From Moorena bouillonii PNG (GTDB taxonomy: Bacteria > Cyanobacteriota > Cyanobacteriia > Cyanobacteriales > Coleofasciculaceae): DNA of 33,072 nucleotides. Positions within the stretch are counted from its first letter, which is position 1. Each line of letters starts with the position of its first letter. The stretch is from positions 186,503 to 219,574 of the forward strand of contig NZ_MKZS01000001.1 of NCBI RefSeq assembly GCF_001942495.1. Direction: 5' to 3'. A program made the translations under genes and the position numbers. This document shows positions 1-7,721 of the stretch, piece by piece. The notes beneath the pieces are model-generated. The model saw nothing but the letters and a program-made list of their open reading frames with translations, did no database searches and was not told where the DNA came from.

Positions 1-1471
1 GTTCTGCCAGAGCCTACCAGGAACTGCCTGGAAATGATGCTCCTAGATTTTCCTGATCGCCCCCAGCTAGAGAATGCTGACCACGCCCAGACAATGGGTC
101 TATTTTTTGCATCAACAGTTCCTCAACTACCGATGGCAGTTCTTTTTGCCAAAGCTTCTCATAGGGAGTGAGCATATAAGCCTGAGGACCACCGACCAGC
201 TTGAGTTCACCAGTCTGAATGTTACGCACATAGATACCTTCATTCTTATCGAGGGGAATTGCTTGACGCTTCTCAACCACTTCCACTTCCACAGGGGGAA
301 TATAATCTTGTGGCCCAGCAATCATCCACAAATCCCCTGGTTGATGAGTAATGACCTGGTCACCTTCCCCCTCATTAAACGCTTCTTTGGATCGAAGCAA
401 TAGTGCTTCGAGCTCACTGAGAACATAGATGTTTTGGATACCATTCTCCAAGGACTCACCGGGATGCAAGAAAAATGATGTTCTCCCCTGGCGAACCTCT
501 CGCATACCCAGCTGAGGTTTACCAGACTCATCAATGGGGTCAACCACAATACACCATTCGTGATCGCTCAGGGTAGTAATCGTGACTTCTCCCACTACAT
601 CTTCATAAACATCGGGAATATGAATTTCTGCATCTTCAAAGGTGACCAACCATTCATCTCCAGCTTTACGCTGACGACCAAAAATATCAGTAAAGGTGCG
701 TTTAGCTTTCAGATGTAATGCTTTTTGTTCTGTCAAAATGTAAGCATTAATAATGCCAATTACTTCTTCATCCACACCAGGTAAATAGGCTCCTTCTTCT
801 CTAACCAGCCATTCTTCACCTGCTCTACGTCTATTCCTTTGACGATCGGTGCAATTCTGCCGTGCTAACAGGTGTAAGGCTTGGTTAGGTTTAATCACCT
901 CAGCTGTTACTGTCTCAACTACTTCCACCTCCACCCGGGGAATATAAGTTCCAGGTCCTTCAAACAGCCATTCATCACCTGCTAAACGGTTAATTGTTTC
1001 AGTCTGGGTTTCTCCATCAACTATTCTCGTAACCGTATCGGTAAAATCCCTAATTGCTCTCAGACGCAGTGCTTGATTGGTCTCGACTACTGCCAGTTGC
1101 GTGACATCCCCTACCAGTTTCTCGTTTGGATAAAGGGGAAACGGATCTTGCGCGAAGCGAATTTCCAGATCACCGTAGCGCAGTCGAATTTGACCATGTT
1201 GATCAGCAATGGGTTGACCGTCTTCATCCCGGAGTAACGGATTAGCAACCACACAATAATACCGAGGCGGCACAATAATCATCGGTTCAGGTTTTAAGAT
1301 CAGCCGCTCGTGATCCCGAAGAGTAATGGTTTGAGGACCAACCTCCAGTCGGGTAACACCGGTGTTGTTGTCTAGCACATGAATAAACTGTTGGGGCTTG
1401 ATGCGAATCACTTCACTAGTTGTCCTAGGCCCTTCCATTTTCTTATCTGTTTTACGCTCAGTTGTAGTCAT
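1..1471 (-). CDS. Major vault protein (MVP) homologue, N-terminal about 485 aa. The 3' end of the gene runs off the left window edge. It has tandem vault repeats.
   Basis: Translation shows repeated modules with the MVP signature, e.g. 'GDEWLFEGPGTYIPRVEVEVVE', 'GEEWLVREEGAYLPGVDEEV', 'GDEWLVTFEDAEIHIPDVYEDVVG' and 'PGDLWMIAGPQDYIPPVEVEVVEKRQAIPLDKNEGIYV'. The N-terminus 'IRIKPQQFIHVLDNNTGVTRLEVGPQTITL...PPRYYCVVANP' is near-collinear with metazoan MVP as I remember it. The ORF is open to position 1, with no stop. Confidence 0.85.
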
Positions 1472-1976
1472 AGTCTTGGTCTAATCGAACTGGATTATTA
1501 AGTTGCCTTTATAGGTCGTAAGTAGTCAGACACAATTAAAGCAGAATTTTTTTACAAGGTAACTTCGGATCAGGAAATTTCACGATTCATGTAGGATTAC
1601 TATAGTTCATGGTTTATCCCTAAAGCCTAATCAACAATCAACTATTTTGTAACCTGACAGCAAATGAACTCCCTATAAAACTAACCTAACCTTTATTTTT
1701 ATGTTCTGCTAAAATAACCAAAACTCGTTATGACTACGTCAAGTTTATGGAGTTGGGAGCAATTTCATCTGCTGATCGGCACATTAAGGATAAAGGATCA
1801 GGGATGAGGGATTAAGAATTAAGGATTAGGCACCCTTAGATTAGGCTTGATACCATTAAGTACTAACAACTATTAACCATTAATCATTAACCCAACCCAT
1901 GAAAATACTAATAATTTTTTTTTACGATATAATCAGGATGATTACTATCTAAGATTAAACAAATAAGGGGCATACT

Positions 1977-2846
1977 ATGAATCGTGATGAATTCCTAAAA
2001 CGCTACGAAGCCGGTGAAAGAGATTTTTCTGGTATTAATTTTAAAAAGGCTAACTTTAAAAGTACTAACCTCAAGGGTGTTTGTCTAAATTATGCTGACT
2101 TGAGTAATGCTGATTTAGAAGAAGCCACTTGGGATGATGTGGATCTAAGTCATGCTAACTTGAGGAATGCTTACCTATATGAAACCACTATCGAAAATTC
2201 CAACCTCACTAAGGCTAACTTGAGTCATCTAGTAGCGTCTGAATCAAACTTGGAAAACTGCGACTTTAGTGGTACTGATCTCAGTTATGCTGATTTATCT
2301 GTAATCTATATGGCTGGTAGTAAGCTCAGGGATGTAAATTTCAGTTATGCTACCTTATGTGAGGTTTACCTAGGTGATTCTGACCTGAGCAATGCTAACT
2401 TCAGTTATTCCCGTATGCTAGGGGTTGATGGCTGGAAAAAAGCTGACCTTAATAGTATAAATTTTACCAAAGCTATCTATACATCATGCACTGAGTTTCC
2501 GACTGGATTTAACCCATCAAAAGCAGGAGCGATCTTTATTTGTGCAGAGGCTGACTTAAGCGGTTTGGACTTGAAAAATATTAACCTAGGTTATGAAGAA
2601 ATGTCTGGCGCTAACCTTAGTCATGCTAATTTGAGTGGTGCAAGACTGTATAATAGTGACTTGAGAGCCGCCAACCTAAGTTATGCCAATTTAGAAGGTG
2701 TTGACTTTCATGATGCTGATTTGAGTGAGGCTAATTTGAGCCATGCTAATCTTAAAAAGGCTAAATTAGCTAAGGCTGACTTAAATGATGCTATTTTCTG
2801 TAACACTATTATGCCTAATGGCAGGATTAGAAATAATAATTGTTAG
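1977..2846 (+). CDS. Pentapeptide-repeat protein
   Basis: About 50 consecutive A(D/N)LSxA(N/D)L-type pentapeptides (ANLSHANLSGARLYNSDLRAANLSYANLEG...). There is an RBS-like 'aaggggcatactATG'. This family is typical of cyanobacteria. Confidence 0.85.
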   Translation: MNRDEFLKRYEAGERDFSGINFKKANFKSTNLKGVCLNYADLSNADLEEATWDDVDLSHANLRNAYLYETTIENSNLTKANLSHLVASESNLENCDFSGTDLSYADLSVIYMAGSKLRDVNFSYATLCEVYLGDSDLSNANFSYSRMLGVDGWKKADLNSINFTKAIYTSCTEFPTGFNPSKAGAIFICAEADLSGLDLKNINLGYEEMSGANLSHANLSGARLYNSDLRAANLSYANLEGVDFHDADLSEANLSHANLKKAKLAKADLNDAIFCNTIMPNGRIRNNNC

Positions 2847-2881
2847 CTAGATCAATACCTTCAACCATCAGGAGTTTTCCA

Positions 2882-4012
2882 TCACAAGCTACATACTTCC
2901 AGGCAATCGAGGATATATCTAGCCGCATCTACAAATACCATATCCAGATACTGAAACTGATCCGGATGGAGCTGGGAGCGCAACTCCTCCCAAGCCTGTT
3001 CATCCTGAATATCTTCATCCCTAAATCCTGCCTCCAGGACTGCTGTATACCTAACATCAATCCCCAGATGCTTAGCCACTATGTGTAAATAGTCCTGCTC
3101 AGTAGGGTCAATTTCCCCATCCGCCGCTGACATATCATAAGCAAAGCACAACAGGAGTAGCTTCTCAGCATCGCTTAGAGGCTTAGTCAAAGTTAACCAT
3201 TCGGGGCAATTAGACGCAGTAGGGTTCCGCTTAACTTGCCTAAGCAGAAGTCCGATTAAGAACGGCCCCAATTGACGCAAATCATCCTCCTCGGGAGGCG
3301 TTAAGCGGTCAATAGTTTTTGCCAGCAGCTGTGTTTCTTCTTCTACCACTTGACCATCCGCCAACATTACTTCCAAAGAAATAGTGACCAAGGCTACCAC
3401 AAAAATCATGGTTGGTGTAATATCTAGTACACTGAGTTGCCTTCCCACCAGACGAGACAAGTATTCAACAACTTGCTGATTTACCAGTCGAATACCTAAA
3501 GCCTCAAACTTTTCTGGTTGCAGCTTTGATTGCAACTCTTTCCAAACCGACTGATCTGGAAATTCCTCACCCTTGAACCAAGCTTCCATCAGCACTGGGT
3601 AGCGGGAATCAATGCCTAGGGAATTTGAGGCTAGCTGTAAATACTGGCTTTCATTGGGGTCAATCGTCCCATCCACCGCTGACATGGCATAGCAAAAGTT
3701 AAGGAGCAAAATTCGCTCTGACTCAGACAGGGAAGTAGTTAGCTTCAACCACTGCTGAGGATTTTGATAAACCGGATTCTTCTCTAGTCCACAAAGCAAA
3801 CGCTGCACCAATTGACGGACATCCCTCTGGGGGGGTACTAATCGCTCAATGGTTTTCTCTAGTAGCTGCTTTTCTTCGTCCTGTACAACGCCATCAGCAT
3901 ACATGACTCCCATCCCAAGGGTTACTAGGGCAGCTAAAAACCTCACAGGCGGTGTTATATTGTCTTGAGTGAGGTTTCGTCCGGTTAGGTGGGACAAAAG
4001 TTCAATAGTCAT
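2882..4012 (-). CDS. Protein with two tandem TerB-like (tellurite-resistance TerB / DjlA-N-like) domains
   Basis: There are two homologous halves of about 185 aa. Each carries paired '...M.ADG...E...L' motifs (VMYADGVVQDEEKQLL / AMSAVDGTIDPNESQYL; VMLADGQVVEEETQLL / DMSAADGEIDPTEQDYL). Each half ends in 'LGID.RY..L.EA.F..E'. Confidence 0.5.
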   Translation of the reverse strand: MTIELLSHLTGRNLTQDNITPPVRFLAALVTLGMGVMYADGVVQDEEKQLLEKTIERLVPPQRDVRQLVQRLLCGLEKNPVYQNPQQWLKLTTSLSESERILLLNFCYAMSAVDGTIDPNESQYLQLASNSLGIDSRYPVLMEAWFKGEEFPDQSVWKELQSKLQPEKFEALGIRLVNQQVVEYLSRLVGRQLSVLDITPTMIFVVALVTISLEVMLADGQVVEEETQLLAKTIDRLTPPEEDDLRQLGPFLIGLLLRQVKRNPTASNCPEWLTLTKPLSDAEKLLLLCFAYDMSAADGEIDPTEQDYLHIVAKHLGIDVRYTAVLEAGFRDEDIQDEQAWEELRSQLHPDQFQYLDMVFVDAARYILDCLEVCSL

Positions 4013-4852
4013 TTTTTAGTTAGCTATTAGGTTTTAGGTATTAGGTTTTGATATGAGTGAGTGGAATCACATCTCAAGGTAACTTGGTTAAGCTAATGGT
4101 TATGCAATCACCCATTCTAAGTTGGCTTAAGGCTTTTGTAATGCGATCGCATCTTGATCACGTTGGTTTAGCAAATAGTCATGGGATCACGAAGACGTTG
4201 AGACGGTAGTAATGCGATTAGCCCGAAGGGCGTTGGCTAGCGAACGCAACCAAGCTTCAGGGAGTAAAGAAGGGATCCCATGGATCATCCCTCCATGACT
4301 TTTATGCCCATATTGATCAATATTCCCCTATCACTAGAAATAAGTTGTCCAATCTCAGTTGGTGTTACACCATCAGACAATATTGCTTGGGTCAATAGCT
4401 CAATAGATACAGAGCTATTGCTTCTTTTCAGGGCAATCAACCGCTGGATTCCATGAATCTTTTCTGCCCATAAAGACATCCTGTTAAGCTTTTTTTGCTT
4501 CTCCAAGAGATGGCGAGAGAGGGCTAATTGGATTTCTATTAATGTCGCTTATTCTGGGGTTAAGTCTAAAAATTAGATTACTCAGGACTTACGCACAGAC
4601 TCCATGGGTAGGGTGGGGAAGGTTTTTACCACCCTACAGGTAGCGTTAAATTGAGGTATTTGCGTAAGTCCTATTACTGTACCAACTTTCCCACCTTTGG
4701 CTTCTATTTGTGCTTTTTTCCGTAGCTCAATCCCACTACTCCTTTTTATCTCTATCGTATTTTTATGCTCGCTTTTGGCAATTAGATATCACCCTTGATA
4801 GGTGTTAGGTTTTGGGTGTTAGGTCTTAGGCTAATAGTGTTAGACTCGGTGA

Positions 4853-7645
4853 GTGCGATCGCATCCTTTGACTAGTGCGATCGCATCCTTTGGCTTAGAT
4901 TTACCCCTTGGTCATGGGATCCCATCAATAGAAGAGAGATTCGTGGATTCTGTAACCGGTAATCCTCAATTGGTAGTGAAAGGGAATCGTCCCCTACTGT
5001 TGGATGAGCTAAAGAAGCTTTGGCTGATTAAGTCCGGTTCTATTGCTATATTTGCCGTTGAGCGTAACGATGGTGTTCTAGAGGGGCGACGCCGTTATCT
5101 ATTCAGCCTGGGAGTGGGTGAGGCTTTGTTTGGGATGGGGGCGAATGCCCAAGACAAGCCCTACACCATGCTTGCTGTGGCAATTGAAGAAGCAACAGTT
5201 TGTCAGTTAACCACTACAGACATAGAACTAAAAGGGAATAGTAATGGTAAAACAGCCACGCTGATTTCCCAAGACATCATTAAGTTGACCGAGAAATGGA
5301 TTGAGGGATTTTCCATCTTCCCTGGTGTGGTTACTCCGTCTACAGTATTGGATACCTCAGCAGTTTACAGTTGGGAGTCCCTACAGTCCCATCTGGATCA
5401 GCTATACAGTAACCTCTACCACTACCTAGCTAAACTCGAACAAACAGAATCAGCTCAAAAACTGACTCAGTTCCAAGAACGGGAACGCCTCAATCATCAA
5501 GTTACTACGGAAGCGATTGCAGAACTAGCATCTGTGATCAAGCCCCAGTTAAAAGAGAGTTTTCAACAGGGAACCCCCCTGTTAATTGCCGCTGGTGCTG
5601 TAGGACGGGCGATGGGGATTCAAATTAACCCCCCCGCCCAGTCAGAAGACCTCAATCGAGTCCGAGAACCCATAGAAGCGATCGCTCGCGCTTCCCGCAT
5701 TCGGATCCGGCGAGTGATTCTACGTGACTACTGGTGGAAGAAGGACAATGGGCCTCTATTAGCCTACACCCGAGAGGATAATCGACCTGTAGCACTGCTA
5801 CCAATGGGGGTGGGTCAGTATGAGGTACTAGACCCAGAATCGGGAAAGCGTGTCCCAGTCAATGCCAATAATGCTAGTTTCGTTGCTCCCATGGCTTATA
5901 TGTTTTATCGGTCATTCCCCGATCAAGCAATTAAAGCCTTAGACTTACTCCAGTTTACTTTTAGAGGTCGTAGCAAAGAGTTAATCACCTTGATGTTGAC
6001 GGGAGTTGCCGCTGCTGTTTTGGGAATGGTCACTCCCCAAGCCACTGCCATTCTGATTGACAATGCTATTCCCGATGCTGACCGGGGATTATTAGGACAA
6101 GTAGGGTTAGGACTGTTAGCAGCTAGCTTTGGCAGTGCCATCTTTCAACTGGCTCAAGGGCTTGCCACCTTGAGATTACAAACGATTAGCGAAGCTACCA
6201 GCCAAGCCGCTGTTTGGGACCGATTATTAAACCTAAGAATTTCTTTTTTTCAGCAATATTCCACCGGAGACCTAATATCCCGGGTTTCAGCAATTTCTGA
6301 AATCCGTAACCGACTCAGTGGCACAGTGATGCAAACCCTATTCACCAGTTTTTTCTCTCTCTTAAATTTGGGTTTGCTGTTCATCTACGATGCCCAATTA
6401 GCCTTAGTCCCGTTGGGAGTGGCATTAACTGCGATGATTGTGACCACTACCTCTGGTATTTTAACCCGGCGCAAGCTAAGACCCTTGCAAAAGCTAGCAG
6501 GAGAAATCTTTGGACTAACGGTGCAACTAATTGTTGGTGTTTCTAAACTCCGGGTAGCAGGGGCAGAAAATCGGGCATTTGCCTACTGGGCTAAATACTA
6601 TACTCAGCAAATTAAGCTGGTGCTGAGTACGCAGTTCATTGAAGACTTACTGAACGTATTCAATACCATACTCCCTACCCTCAGCCAAATGATTATCTTC
6701 GCCGTGGCTGTTCAATCCATTACCAAATCCGAATCTGGGCAAGGTTTATCTACTGGTACATTCCTAGCCTTTAATACTGCTTTTGGAACCTTTATCACTG
6801 GCGCAACTGATTTAAGCAATACCCTAATTAATATTTTAGAAATAGGCATTTTATGGGAACGAACTCAACCGATTTTGGAAGCTACACCGGAACTAGACTT
6901 AAGCAAAGCAGATCCAGGACGGCTTTCGGGGCAAATTAAATTAGATCATGTCAGCTTCCGCTACCGACAGGATGGTCCTTTGATTTTAGATAATATTACT
7001 ATTCAGGCAAACCCTGGAGAATTTATTGCTTTAGTCGGTCCATCTGGTAGTGGCAAATCCACGATTATCCGATTACTGTTGGGGTTTGAAACCTCTGAAA
7101 ATGGCACCATTTACTACGATGGTCAAGACTTATCTGGACTAGATATCTCAGCTGTGCGTCGGCAACTAGGAGTAGTGCTACAAAACGGTCGAATTAATAG
7201 TGCTTCTATGTTCGATAACATTGCCAGTGGTGCTTTAGTTACCATGGATGAAGCCTGGGAAGCTGCAAAAATGGCAGGGTTTGCTGATGATATTGAAGCC
7301 ATGCCCATGGGGATGCACACCGTTATTTCTGAAGGCGGTACCAATCTTTCTGGTGGACAGCGACAACGGCTATTAATTGCCCGTGCCCTAGTCTTAAAAC
7401 CAAGACTATTGATATTCGATGAAGCTACCAGTGCTTTAGATAACCGCACCCAAAGCATTGTTAGTCAAAGTATTGACGAATTGCAAGTGACTCGGATCGT
7501 AATTGCCCACCGCCTCAGCACTATCCGCAAAGCAGACCGTATTTATGTGCTGGAGGCTGGGAGAGTGGTACAACAGGGAACCTTTGAGGAACTGGTTAAT
7601 GAGGAAGGGTTATTTGCGAATTTGATGGCTCGACAAATGGCTTAG
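4853..7645 (+). CDS. ABC exporter (HlyB/bacteriocin-exporter type) with an N-terminal cNMP-binding-like domain. The true start is probably downstream of 4853, around 4940.
   Basis: Walker A 'GPSGSGKST', ABC signature 'LSGGQRQR', Walker B 'LLIFDEATSALD' and H-loop 'IAHRL' are present. The six-TM exporter core ('GVAAAVLGMV...', 'ALVPLGVALTAMIV') precedes the ATPase. The N-terminal roughly 330 aa carries a beta-roll-like 'LWLIKSGSIAIF...VGEALFGMG' motif. The GTG at 4853 lies inside a direct repeat of HIP1-containing sequence and is unlikely to be the real start. Confidence 0.85.
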   Translation: MRSHPLTSAIASFGLDLPLGHGIPSIEERFVDSVTGNPQLVVKGNRPLLLDELKKLWLIKSGSIAIFAVERNDGVLEGRRRYLFSLGVGEALFGMGANAQDKPYTMLAVAIEEATVCQLTTTDIELKGNSNGKTATLISQDIIKLTEKWIEGFSIFPGVVTPSTVLDTSAVYSWESLQSHLDQLYSNLYHYLAKLEQTESAQKLTQFQERERLNHQVTTEAIAELASVIKPQLKESFQQGTPLLIAAGAVGRAMGIQINPPAQSEDLNRVREPIEAIARASRIRIRRVILRDYWWKKDNGPLLAYTREDNRPVALLPMGVGQYEVLDPESGKRVPVNANNASFVAPMAYMFYRSFPDQAIKALDLLQFTFRGRSKELITLMLTGVAAAVLGMVTPQATAILIDNAIPDADRGLLGQVGLGLLAASFGSAIFQLAQGLATLRLQTISEATSQAAVWDRLLNLRISFFQQYSTGDLISRVSAISEIRNRLSGTVMQTLFTSFFSLLNLGLLFIYDAQLALVPLGVALTAMIVTTTSGILTRRKLRPLQKLAGEIFGLTVQLIVGVSKLRVAGAENRAFAYWAKYYTQQIKLVLSTQFIEDLLNVFNTILPTLSQMIIFAVAVQSITKSESGQGLSTGTFLAFNTAFGTFITGATDLSNTLINILEIGILWERTQPILEATPELDLSKADPGRLSGQIKLDHVSFRYRQDGPLILDNITIQANPGEFIALVGPSGSGKSTIIRLLLGFETSENGTIYYDGQDLSGLDISAVRRQLGVVLQNGRINSASMFDNIASGALVTMDEAWEAAKMAGFADDIEAMPMGMHTVISEGGTNLSGGQRQRLLIARALVLKPRLLIFDEATSALDNRTQSIVSQSIDELQVTRIVIAHRLSTIRKADRIYVLEAGRVVQQGTFEELVNEEGLFANLMARQMA

Positions 7646-7721
7646 AAGGATCAATGATTAACCCATGAACTATCATCGCTTTTGGGACAAATCATACCTG
7701 AATTCACCAACACCAAATGTC

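Noticed and set aside
74-549. Small plus- and minus-strand ORFs (74..403, 127..321, 322..549) inside the MVP gene
   Set aside because: They lie entirely within a long, strongly supported CDS on the opposite strand or in another frame. They have no motifs.
4285-4506. A 73-aa minus-strand ORF between the TerB gene and the ABC transporter
   Set aside because: It is short, lies in a repeat-rich and HIP1-rich intergenic region, and has no motif or convincing RBS. It is left uncalled.
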